Of a stretch of DNA of 64,000 nt, positions 1 to 9,713 are shown piece by piece. The stretch covers positions 175,404 to 239,403 of the forward strand of contig JAUCBJ010007043.1 of NCBI GenBank assembly GCA_032718475.1, written 5' to 3'. How positions within the stretch are numbered: the stretch's first letter is position 1; every line of letters starts with the position of its first letter. Under the pieces are notes generated by a model. The model did not search any database. It saw nothing but the letters and a program-made list of their open reading frames with translations, and was not told the origin of the DNA. A program made the position numbers and the translations under genes. This DNA comes from Nemertoderma westbladi. Lineage: Eukaryota > Animalia > Xenacoelomorpha.

Positions 1-41
1 GTAAACCTACTGTAAGAGTACATCTTCCACCGCAGTTAAAC

Positions 42-644
42 CTACTGTATGAGTACATCTTCCACCGCAGTTATTTCTTTCTGTTTATCATCATCATTCG
101 CAGTTAAACGCTTTCTCATGAAAAAGTGTAGCATCTCATACCCCCCAACGCGTTTTGCTGAGCAGTATCGCAGACAGTTATCCCTTATGTTTAAGTGGAA
201 CGCACATTTATTTTCTACTATAGTAAATTGATCGTGGAAGCGATAGGGGGTTAAATAATCATGATATTGCTTATATATTCCCAATTTCTCCACCGAATTT
301 GGTGCGAGAACATCGAGTTGGGTGTTTAATATTGCTTGCTTCAGCAACCCAAATACAAATATATTTTTTTTATATTTTAAATGTCTCTTCATATATTTTT
401 TAAAGTCATCTTGCGAAATGTCACCGTAGTCCCAGGGCAAATGAGAAGTCATATCTCGTAAATTGTTTACGTGAGCTACATCTAAAGCTGATAATTTAAT
501 ATTAGGTGGGCCTTTAATTAAAAACGTCTTTACATTAGTTTTGGTGTAATTAGAATCGAATATAGCAAATTCTTTAAATACTACCGGATACTCTTTATTG
601 TCTATCTTATAATATTGAAAATCAACAAAAATAATATTATCCAT
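42..644 (-). CDS. Maverick accessory protein, possibly with a DEDD-exonuclease-like N-terminus
   Basis: N-terminal IFVDFQ...FKEFAIFD, LPWDYGDI and C-terminal CxxH...C pattern resemble a recurrent small Maverick ORF; context supports it. Confidence 0.5.
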   Translation of the reverse strand: MDNIIFVDFQYYKIDNKEYPVVFKEFAIFDSNYTKTNVKTFLIKGPPNIKLSALDVAHVNNLRDMTSHLPWDYGDISQDDFKKYMKRHLKYKKNIFVFGLLKQAILNTQLDVLAPNSVEKLGIYKQYHDYLTPYRFHDQFTIVENKCAFHLNIRDNCLRYCSAKRVGGYEMLHFFMRKRLTANDDDKQKEITAVEDVLIQ

Positions 645-675
645 TTTATCTGATAAACAAAAGCTAAATGATTAA

Positions 676-1128
676 TTACAACGCTTGTTGGTTTATTTTA
701 TAATAATTAACAAGCCATTTATATAATATTATTTCATTTATTTCCACATTATTTGTAAACGCACTCATTGGATAGTTTGTGTGAATTCGATTTACCAAGT
801 AATAAAGACAGTATAGGACGCATGTGGTCCTCCTTGGGTCTTGAAATTGTTTGCGAGTAGTACGCCATCTTGCGGAATTTTTCTCAAGCCATTTTTCGAT
901 GCATCTGTTTGGATATTTTGATCCGAATGAATCAAATAATTCAGCCTCATTATCTCGTATATATATTGCGATCCAATGAATCCCGGGCAGATGCTCTTTA
1001 TCGGTATTTACTATTAACCCATAATCTCTCCGCTTATTATTATCTAATTTAGGTAATTTATTAGCTGGAAACGCTCCCAAATAGTGACCACCCACTGGAA
1101 ACATATCAAGGTCCTCTGTAGATAACAT
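676..1128 (-). CDS. Adenain-like cysteine protease (virion maturation protease)
   Basis: IVNTD...PGIHWIAIY...FDSFG...QFQ...TTCVLYC: His/Asp/Gln/Cys catalytic arrangement of the adenoviral/Polinton protease. Confidence 0.9.
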   Translation of the reverse strand: MLSTEDLDMFPVGGHYLGAFPANKLPKLDNNKRRDYGLIVNTDKEHLPGIHWIAIYIRDNEAELFDSFGSKYPNRCIEKWLEKNSARWRTTRKQFQDPRRTTCVLYCLYYLVNRIHTNYPMSAFTNNVEINEIILYKWLVNYYKINQQAL

Positions 1129-1130
1129 AC

Positions 1131-2390
1131 TTAATCGATATGTATTTCTTTCCTGCTATTTAAACTTAATGATTGATCATAAATATTAAAAACGATTACA
1201 TTTATGGTTTCAACCAACGGTTCGGCAAATCTTAATTTTAATTGGCCGTTAGTATATATCGACGGTTGCGGATCTCTAACATAGCCGTCGGCGGTTAAGT
1301 CCCAGGATAGGAGGGGGCAATTACCTAAGTAGGTTTCATGGTCTATATTATTACCTCCATAACCGTTAATATATGTATTAATGTTCTTCATTAATTGAGT
1401 ATACTCAAAAATATATGTTCCATCTGTAAAATTAGGATCGTATATTACACCACCTACTGGAAGACTGTCTACAATCAGTTCCGCGCGTCTAAGGTTAAAA
1501 TGTTCAAATTTCAAGGGATTGCTAATTAATTCTCCCGAATAAGCGTTATTTGTTATGAAGCCGATAATAACTAATTTGGGTTTTTTACCATCAAATATGT
1601 TTGTTTGGGTGTAATTTGTGGTTTGAGCGGGAATAGTAAATGTTGTAACCTCCTTTTTTTGGAATTGATATTCAATATCGTAACTCTCTAAACCTTTTAG
1701 GTGACTGCTTTCTATTACCGGATTAACCTCCATTCTAGGGATTAGGATCTTTATTTCATCTAATTCTAGCCGAAGATTTGTCACCGCGTTTGCGTTTGGA
1801 GTGATTTTAAAAATAAACGAATTTGATACTTTTCTAAAATGCAATCTTAAATCATACCCGGGTTGTATTATTTTGCTTTCAGTATCAAAATCAATCGTCA
1901 ATCCACTTACAAATTGCATTTGTTTACTAAAGGCATCGCCAATAGGATGCGCACCGGGATCAATTTCATTTCCGTGTTCAGATAAAGGCTGATGAAAGCC
2001 ACCCGCACCCAGTAGCCCATTTTTATCCTCGTAAGTTGTAAATAATAAATTGGATAAGTACGACTTGTAGAAATAATGGTTATTGCTATTTTCAACCTGC
2101 TTCTCATTAAGGTCTATTTTAATATCACTCCACATAGTTTCAGCGGGGTAATTCAGCATATATATATGGGAGTTTTCAAGTCGTCTATCCCACCGTACAG
2201 TACATTTTGTAATTAATAACGCATCTTGCAGTTTCGTATAGAATTCATTGGATCTCGGTACAAGGAACGTGACTTCCCTAGACTCACTTCTGAGATTAGA
2301 TACGGGGTAAATTGTTTCATAATGCTTTGCTTTAAATTCAGTCTGTATTGGCTGTGTAGAAAATAAATCTAATTCCTTAATAATTGACAT
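1131..2390 (-). CDS. Major capsid protein (double jelly-roll, Polinton PY/hexon-like)
   Basis: ELDLF.TQPIQT N-terminus, NIFDGKKPKLVIIGFITNNAYSG...NPLKFEHFNL, WDLTAD and LRFAEPL...INVIV motifs; 419 aa, intact. Confidence 0.88.
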   Translation of the reverse strand: MSIIKELDLFSTQPIQTEFKAKHYETIYPVSNLRSESREVTFLVPRSNEFYTKLQDALLITKCTVRWDRRLENSHIYMLNYPAETMWSDIKIDLNEKQVENSNNHYFYKSYLSNLLFTTYEDKNGLLGAGGFHQPLSEHGNEIDPGAHPIGDAFSKQMQFVSGLTIDFDTESKIIQPGYDLRLHFRKVSNSFIFKITPNANAVTNLRLELDEIKILIPRMEVNPVIESSHLKGLESYDIEYQFQKKEVTTFTIPAQTTNYTQTNIFDGKKPKLVIIGFITNNAYSGELISNPLKFEHFNLRRAELIVDSLPVGGVIYDPNFTDGTYIFEYTQLMKNINTYINGYGGNNIDHETYLGNCPLLSWDLTADGYVRDPQPSIYTNGQLKLRFAEPLVETINVIVFNIYDQSLSLNSRKEIHID

Positions 2391-2392
2391 TA

Positions 2393-2953
2393 TTAAAAAA
2401 TACTTTTTTCGCAGTGTTTCAGTTTGCCTTTTATTTTTCTCTTTTTACTACGTTGATGATGTATGTTCATAGACATTGGTCTAGCGGGTCGCTTTAAATC
2501 TCTATAAACTTTTTCTACAACTGACCTTGTTGACGGTTTCATTTTATTTAATGCTTTATTAATAACCGTATTAGCCTGCTGATGTAAGACCCGCTTACCT
2601 TTTGGTATTACGTGTTGTCTCATAAATTTTGTGGTAAATGGTAAAGCTTTTTGTAAAACTTTTTTAGCTAATGGCTTACCAAATTTTTTCAATGTCGATA
2701 AAGCTTCTGTAAATATACCTTCTCCGTGTTGATTTGCCCACATACCTCTACGATAACGCTGAAAACGACGTTGTTTTAAGTTTGGACCAAATGCACCAAT
2801 TTGTTGACCGTAAGGGTCAATATATGAACCACCACGAAAAACAGGAACTTGCGTCGAGCCTCTCGTACTTCTACCACCTTTAAAAACAGCAAGATTAGAG
2901 TCTGCACCACCATATTGAGGTTTACTGTATCTTTGAAATAAATCAGAATCCAT
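2393..2953 (-). CDS. Basic core/membrane-lytic-like virion protein
   Basis: R/K-rich; repeated xxGG/xGxG motifs (QYGG, FKGG, FRGG, QHGEG) followed by an amphipathic helix IFTEALSTLKKFGKPLAKKVL; lies between penton and MCP. Confidence 0.6.
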   Translation of the reverse strand: MDSDLFQRYSKPQYGGADSNLAVFKGGRSTRGSTQVPVFRGGSYIDPYGQQIGAFGPNLKQRRFQRYRRGMWANQHGEGIFTEALSTLKKFGKPLAKKVLQKALPFTTKFMRQHVIPKGKRVLHQQANTVINKALNKMKPSTRSVVEKVYRDLKRPARPMSMNIHHQRSKKRKIKGKLKHCEKSIF

Positions 2954-2954
2954 T

Positions 2955-3344
2955 TTAATTTATTCGTTTAAAGTGTAATGTAATAGATGTTGTCCCGTAT
3001 TCAAAATTCAAATCTTTTCCTTCTTTGTCTGTTATTTCAATATGAATGTATGTTATCTTATATGATTTTTTTACAGGGATATAATGAATTGTATCCTCGA
3101 CAAATTCTTTATTTATTACGCTACCATATTTCACGTCATCAGGTATCGTAACACGACGAAGTAAAGCTAAACCAAAGTCATTAATATATTGATTTTCAAT
3201 TATATTAGTAGTCACGTACATGTTCGATTTAGGTTCTGGAATAGAATTGGGTGGTTGAGGGCATAAAAATACCATCTGGTAAGCTTTTTCTCCATTTCCG
3301 ATAACCTTTATTAAATAACCCTTTATGTTATTTTTCGTCTTCAA
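2955..3344 (-). CDS. Minor capsid (penton-like) protein, C-terminal part, 5'-truncated
   Basis: MYVTTNIIENQYIND...LLRRV...HYIPV...IHIEITDKEG...TSITLHFKR is the typical Polinton penton C-terminus; upstream sequence to ~3440 has a stop and is then cut by the LINE. Confidence 0.75.
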   Translation of the reverse strand: MKTKNNIKGYLIKVIGNGEKAYQMVFLCPQPPNSIPEPKSNMYVTTNIIENQYINDFGLALLRRVTIPDDVKYGSVINKEFVEDTIHYIPVKKSYKITYIHIEITDKEGKDLNFEYGTTSITLHFKRIN

Positions 3345-3441
3345 AATAATTTAAAAATTTGGATTTAAATTCGCACCGAGATTATTTTCAGTAATTCCAA
3401 AATAATAGGCTAATTGTTGACCTATAAATAACTCTACGTAG

Positions 3442-5930
3442 TTAGAGACAGGATAGAACACAAAAGGCAATGGATAGAATACCGTGATTTTACTAATTTT
3501 AGAGAAAGTGAGTTCTTAGCAGAGATTCATAGAATAACATGGGAAAAAATATACTGGGAAACAAATATTAATGTACAGTATGAAATTCTTGAAAATACCA
3601 TAGAAAAAATACTCGATAAATATGCACCATACAGACGAAAGCTTGATACTGGCCGTCCACGGGAAGCAAATAACAATAAACCTGATTGGTCCACAGATGA
3701 ACTAGAGAAACTAAATGCAGATAAGTATTCACATTTTTTAAAATGGAGAAAAACGAAATTAGACGCAGATTATAAAATATATAAAGCCATACGAAATAAA
3801 TACAACAATCTAAGTAGCAAATTAAAAAATTCGTGTATAAAGCAAAAATTTCAGGAAGCAACGGACAGCAAGAAAAGATGGAAATTAATAAATCAAATAT
3901 TACATAAAAAGGGAAAACTAAATGTTATCTGTAGTTTAAAACACTTAGGAAAGGTAATAACTGACAGCAAGAGAATGGCGGACATATTTAATGATGTTTA
4001 CATTAATATTGGGAATTTTTATGATGGGGTATCGATATCGCAACAAATAGCACATTTAAATGTACCTAATAGCAATAATAATAATAAACCACAATTTTCA
4101 TTTAGATGTACAAATGACAATGAAATATTATTAATACTTAGTAAGTTAAAAGAAAACAAGTCTAGTGGGCCTTCTAGAATTCCGGTTCGAATAATTAAGA
4201 AAATATCTGCAGACATATTAGCACCACTAACATATATTATTAACCAAAGTTTTACCAGATCTGAATTCCCAAATAAGCTTAAATTAGTTGATATAACACC
4301 AGTTTTTAAGAAAGGGGACAGTTCGGATCCTGAAAATCATCACCCTTAACTAAAGTATTTGAACGGGCAATATTTAATCAAATAGTTAGGTACATAGACC
4401 ACAACAATATGCTTTACTGTAAACAGTTTGGCTTTCGGAAGGGGTACTCTACAGTAGATGCCATAACTTACTTGACTGAATACTGGAGAGAAAAGTTAAA
4501 TAAGGGGGCATACGTAGCTGTTGCATTCTTGGATCTCAGCAAGGCCTTCAATTCCATAAACAGGGAAATATTATTACACAGACTGACCGACATGGGATTC
4601 CACAAAACGGCAATATCATTAATCAGAAGCTATCTCAATCAACGACAACAAAGGGTAAAATTACAAAACACAAAGTCCAACTGGAAAACAGAACTAAGAG
4701 GGGTTCCACAGGGTACAATTTTAGGTCCTTTATTATTTACTCTCTATACAAACGACATTCCAAAAAAAATAAGCAGCACCACAGATTTGATACAATATGC
4801 GGACGATACAGTTATATTTACAACAGACAAAAATCCAAAAAAAGCATCACAAAAATTGGAACAGGAAGTTATAAAACTAAATGATACATTCAGACTTCAC
4901 CACCTTAAACTCAATCCATCAAAAACGGAATTCTTACTTTTATCCCCTAAAGAACGAAACACACCTGAACAAATAGAACTAAATGTTGGAACTGCAATAC
5001 CGATAAACCAATCAAAATCAGTAAAGTACTTAGGAGTAGAAATAGATAACAAATTACAATGGAAGAATTATATAGATAATATATTACAAAAGATGACCTT
5101 GAGCATTTCTAGTTTACGCAGTATTAAGGGGCAATTAACTAATAGAACCAAATTAAATATATACAAAGCTCTAACATTACCATATCATAACTACTGTAGT
5201 CAATTACTGGTATCATTGCATGGAAAACATGGTTACAAAGACATACTGTATAAATTTGAAAAGGTACAAAATTATGCACTTCGCTTAATATTTGGAAAAA
5301 AAATAAGGGACACGACAGGTACAGAACTTCGACAAAAAGCTAAGGTCCCATTATTATCTGCCCAACGAGAATATTTCGCTTTAATTTATTTTTACAAATA
5401 CATACATAACATATCTAAGCCCTACCAAAATTTAAATTTACCCTTTCGTTCAAACAAAAATCAGAAAATTAACCAACGCACTAACAATATAGTCATACCT
5501 AAAACGAAAAACAAACACGGCCATGACAGCCTCATAGTATCTCTCATAAAATTATGGAATAAGCTACCGTTAAATGTATCGGGTGCTGCTTCATTATTAA
5601 TATTCAAGGCGAAATTATGGAAAATATACCAAACTAAATATGCAAGGGAAGAGGTAACTTAACGGATAGATGCTAATATAAATATAAATTTACATATGTT
5701 TTATTCAGTTATTATAATTTGTTTGTGCTATAATTGGTTAGCTTGGATTTAAGTATATTACTTTATAGTAGCTTACATACTGTACGTACAGGTGCTGCGA
5801 AGCAACACCTTGGCCCTACGACGCTTATTCATTTTGATTATCAGTCTACTCTTAATGTAGACTGCCTCATGTGTTATTTATCATAACTATGAGTTTTAAT
5901 GAATAAAAGAGATAAACTTAAATTAAACTT
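3442..5930 (+). mobile_element. 5'-truncated LINE (L2/CR1 group) with frameshifted ORF2
   Basis: ORF2-like sequence from ~3442 (WIEYRDFTNF...), frameshift near 4345, AATAAA at ~5902 followed by an AAACTT-type tail. Confidence 0.85.
3975..5662 (+). pseudogene. Non-LTR reverse transcriptase (split into 3975-4349 and 4409-5662)
   Basis: ITPVFKKGD, QFGFRKGYST, FLDLSKAFN, GVPQGTILGPLLF, QYADD, KYLGV motifs. Confidence 0.92.
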
Positions 5931-6008
5931 TTTTTCAACTATTATTCCGACGGCAACGAACCTGCGATATTAGTAGATCATCCGGAGTCGCGAGAAGCGA
6001 TAAGATTC

Positions 6009-7880
6009 TTGCCGATGGTAAGAATGGCGGATCATTGGAACATTGACTGTCTACGGGAAGTTTTATGCGCGAAGTTCTTGCGTGATGTCCCAATGCAGAT
6101 CACAGATTATGACACATTGGACAAGATTGGAGCTCCGTGGAAGGAGAGCAAACTGTTTGGATGGTTGGATAAGTACATCAAAGTATGGGTCGCGGTGGCT
6201 ACATTCCCAGACGACGAGGAGGTAGACCAGACATGGCTGAGGAGGAAGGGTTCTTACACCCGATATGATGACCACAAGGCTATCGAGCGCATGTGGACCC
6301 CATCAGACGAGATTCAGCGTCAGTGGAGGAAAACGGAGGAATCACTGCAGGATTGGAGGGTGATGTTCTACGACAATGAAGGAGGGTCCCATCAGGAATG
6401 TTTGACTAGCAAGTGCATTCAAATTCGCGCAGCCGATGGTGTGACTCATGTGTTTATGCGCGTGAGGGCGGATCGAGAGAGACTGGAGCCCATCATAACG
6501 ACACAATATCGGAGGGGGAAGGATCCTAGGGAGCAGATTTTGGAGGTATGCAGGCGAGGAGGTATGCACGGAGCGGAGCGTATCGACGCCAGGATGCTAC
6601 CCAAGAAGGTTAGGAGAGGATTAGCGATATTCGAAGGAGTATATCGACAGAACATCGGAGATTTGGGAGACCGACCGTCGATGGAATATCCGACGCCAGA
6701 GGCCTTGGAGAAGTGGTTCGGGAATCAAACCCGCGGGTTTGGTACTCCCTTCCACTCGGAGGCTGATAGACCCGTTAAGGAGGGTTGGCCGGAGACGTTA
6801 GTAGAGGTGTTCGGAGTAGATCTTCCGGTGGAGAAGACATATCCGAAACGAACGCGGGAGGAAATATTGGAGATAGAGGACAAGGGCGAGGATGTTTACT
6901 TTGTTCCGGATCGACAACCGCTGACCGGAGAGGACGACATCGTATTAGACATTGGGAAAGAAGGAAGTGCGAAACCGATTGGAGACCTCATATACGAGAG
7001 GGTCTGGTTTCCACAAGCGCGGAGGTGTAAGTTGTGCGGCAGCACAAGGCACAATCAAAAATCGTGCGACGCGGTAGTAGAGGCGGCGCATAAGTTCTGC
7101 CGTTGGTGTAATGAGACCGACCATTCGTTTCACACGTGCACCGTCTTCATTTCTCAATGCGGATACTGTGGGGTAAAGGGACATCGCAGCGCGAGATGTC
7201 AGCTGCGAGACGATTCCTTCCAAAACCACAGCGCTAACCTACTTCGGGAGATGCTAGATAAGTGGGAGGGTGTGGCCGACTACCACATCCAAGCGCAGAT
7301 GCGTTGGTTACCATTTAAGGCGGGATACGGGTTTTGGGCAGTAGACCCATCTCACGTTGCGTATGAGCCGTATCTACAGTCTTTGCCACAATATCAGGAG
7401 CTCATCTTGACCGCTCAAGACCTTCCACAGAACACTGGAGTAATTGTTGTTCAGGAATACTTTAGACAACTAAATATGGATAACAAGTACACTTGGAACT
7501 TCGTTGCTATTTGCGATCGAATCACGAAGGGTGTATTTTCGGAAACTAGAAAGGTGGTACGCGCGAGAGGAGATTGGAGGATGGCGGCTATACAATACCG
7601 CAACGATTTCTTGTTGACTCATGTACCAGTGGGGTCATTGACCGCTGAGAGGATACAGGAACAGAGAATCGCAGCGACCACAACGTCGACCGCTGGAGCT
7701 CAAGGCTCGTGGAGAGAACCAGGAGGAGAGGTCCAAGACAAGCGTCAAGTCAAGGACGACCACTACCACTCGATAATAGAGGCACAACGGTTGCAGCGCA
7801 AGGCGCAGGGTGCATCGGAAAAGGCAAGAGTGCAGCTGCAGAAGGAAGAATTGGCACCTAAAGAGGTGAGGTCTCTATAG
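6009..7880 (+). CDS. Triple CCHC zinc-knuckle protein (frame open from ~5931; both ends truncated)
   Basis: CKLCGSTRHNQKSC, CRWCNETDHSFHTC, CGYCGVKGHRSARC. The frame stays open back to the LINE tail; the natural C-terminus appears to be at 9011-9220. Confidence 0.8.
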   Translation: MPMVRMADHWNIDCLREVLCAKFLRDVPMQITDYDTLDKIGAPWKESKLFGWLDKYIKVWVAVATFPDDEEVDQTWLRRKGSYTRYDDHKAIERMWTPSDEIQRQWRKTEESLQDWRVMFYDNEGGSHQECLTSKCIQIRAADGVTHVFMRVRADRERLEPIITTQYRRGKDPREQILEVCRRGGMHGAERIDARMLPKKVRRGLAIFEGVYRQNIGDLGDRPSMEYPTPEALEKWFGNQTRGFGTPFHSEADRPVKEGWPETLVEVFGVDLPVEKTYPKRTREEILEIEDKGEDVYFVPDRQPLTGEDDIVLDIGKEGSAKPIGDLIYERVWFPQARRCKLCGSTRHNQKSCDAVVEAAHKFCRWCNETDHSFHTCTVFISQCGYCGVKGHRSARCQLRDDSFQNHSANLLREMLDKWEGVADYHIQAQMRWLPFKAGYGFWAVDPSHVAYEPYLQSLPQYQELILTAQDLPQNTGVIVVQEYFRQLNMDNKYTWNFVAICDRITKGVFSETRKVVRARGDWRMAAIQYRNDFLLTHVPVGSLTAERIQEQRIAATTTSTAGAQGSWREPGGEVQDKRQVKDDHYHSIIEAQRLQRKAQGASEKARVQLQKEELAPKEVRSL

Positions 7881-9713
7881 GGGTGCCAGTAACAGGCGGC
7901 GGCGGACTCGTGAGGGTCTGGGGGCACGTTAAATCTCTTCCTAAGTGCAAGGGAGATACTGATGGCCCTCGTGTCTAGCGAACCATGAATCAACATGGTG
8001 CCGTGGTACCGTCTAGTCGGCATGTTGCCGTACTGCCAGTCCTGTACACAGTAGGGGTGGTGGCATGGCGTGATTTGTGGTTCATGTGGTGTGAACTGTG
8101 ATTTGTATGTGGGCGATCAGTGGCAGTTGCTTGGGGCTTGGATGGGTTCCTTTGACCATCAGCTGTTACGTTTTTTTGATACTATATGTTATTGTCTCCA
8201 TGTTCAGCTGATTGGTCTTTGAGATTTGTTTGGGTCTTTGAGCTTTCTGTTGCTGTGGGTACGTGAGTACACGTGATTGTGTGTATGGCCACTGCGAGTG
8301 AGTGTGGGAAACCTTGCCAGTTGGCTCAGTCGCCACTGGTATTAGTAGGACCATATTTTACTGCGCCCTAGCATACTTTGTGCACACAAAGTTATTTTGC
8401 CCTGACGGCAAAATAAGGTACTCTCGACTCTCATGTTCTCTCTAGTCGATACAACTAGTCCCTCCCGATTTTGACCCCGATTTTGTCTTTACCGATTATG
8501 TCCTCTGTGTGTGCATGGTATGTGTCCAATTTGTGTACTTGATATTGTGAACATCTGTTGAGTACATGTGTACAGTGACTGGTAAGTGGTTACTTGTTCT
8601 TAGCTTTTGAGCAAGACAGTATTGTTTTTCAATACTGCCGGCGATGCGGGTGAAAACGATTCAAAATTCCATGTTGGGTAGCGCAAGCCCACATGGGACA
8701 AGACCGTCGGTTAGGCCCAAGGGCGACCTTGGTGCTCGATCGCTATCGACTGGCCCACCTGCCGGTTGACTCTCTGAGTTGGCTCAATGTACAGTCAGGC
8801 CACAGTAAGTTGACAGTAGCCGACCATCTGGCTACACGTTCGACGAGCTGTGCCGGTGTGATCGGGGAATTGAAAATTGAACCCGGGAAGCATCGGGCCA
8901 CCCCCCGGCCCGGTCTGATAATAACATCAGTCGGACTGGCCCCAGGGGTGGTGGAAACACGTCCGCCTCGTGGGTGCGCCTCGGGGAGGAGCCCAGAAGG
9001 ACGAAAGCAGGAAGCGACCACGGGAGCACGACAATCGGGACGAGGCCGAGGTAGAAGTACCAGTCGGGAGTCTGTCGGGGCTCAGGGAACATCGTCGCCG
9101 GTTCCGGGGAATGACGCCTCACGGACGCCGTCAACCGAGTCGACTAGAGGAAGACTGGTGTATCTGGGAAGAGGGCGAAAGAGGGTAGCGAGCCCAAAGA
9201 ACCCAGGAGCGGGTCGATAATGCATTTATAGCACAGGGCGACAGACTCTAGATATATACATCATCGTCGCTCTGATGTATATTGTAGCATTTTAGAAATA
9301 TCCGACTAGACTCATATACACTAGTTGCGCTGTTTTGAATTTATATTATGAGAGAGGCGAAGGAAGTGATTGGGGAGACAAACCTGCGGGTTTGGCTTAC
9401 TCCTTTCACTTACCCTAGCAAAATTTTATATTTTGATCTTGTATGTAGTAATCATTATGTAAGAACGAACGAGAAACAATATTTTGTAAATTTAATTTGT
9501 ATGTAATAATCGTTAAACAGTGAGAGAGATAATATTTTGTAAATTTAATTTGTATGCAATTCATTATGCAATATCTATAGCAATATTTTGTAAATAAGTG
9601 GATTTATAGTATCAAGTATTTAGATTATTTGGAAGAAATTTATTTTGTTTGTATACATCACCTATACTCTTCTACAGTTGGAGGGAAACATTGTATGATT
9701 TCCCTTGGAGCGG

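Larger units (their letters stand above)
1..3440 (-). mobile_element. Maverick/Polinton (adintovirus-like) fragment: virion morphogenesis module
   Basis: Five tightly packed co-oriented intronless ORFs (gaps of 1-31 bp), including a major capsid-like protein and an adenain-type protease. Cut on the right by a LINE; continues beyond the left edge. Confidence 0.85.

Noticed and set aside
8693-9220. 175-aa ORF as a genuine gene
   Set aside because: Chimeric across a deletion junction at ~9005; in copy 2 the two halves are separate ORFs.
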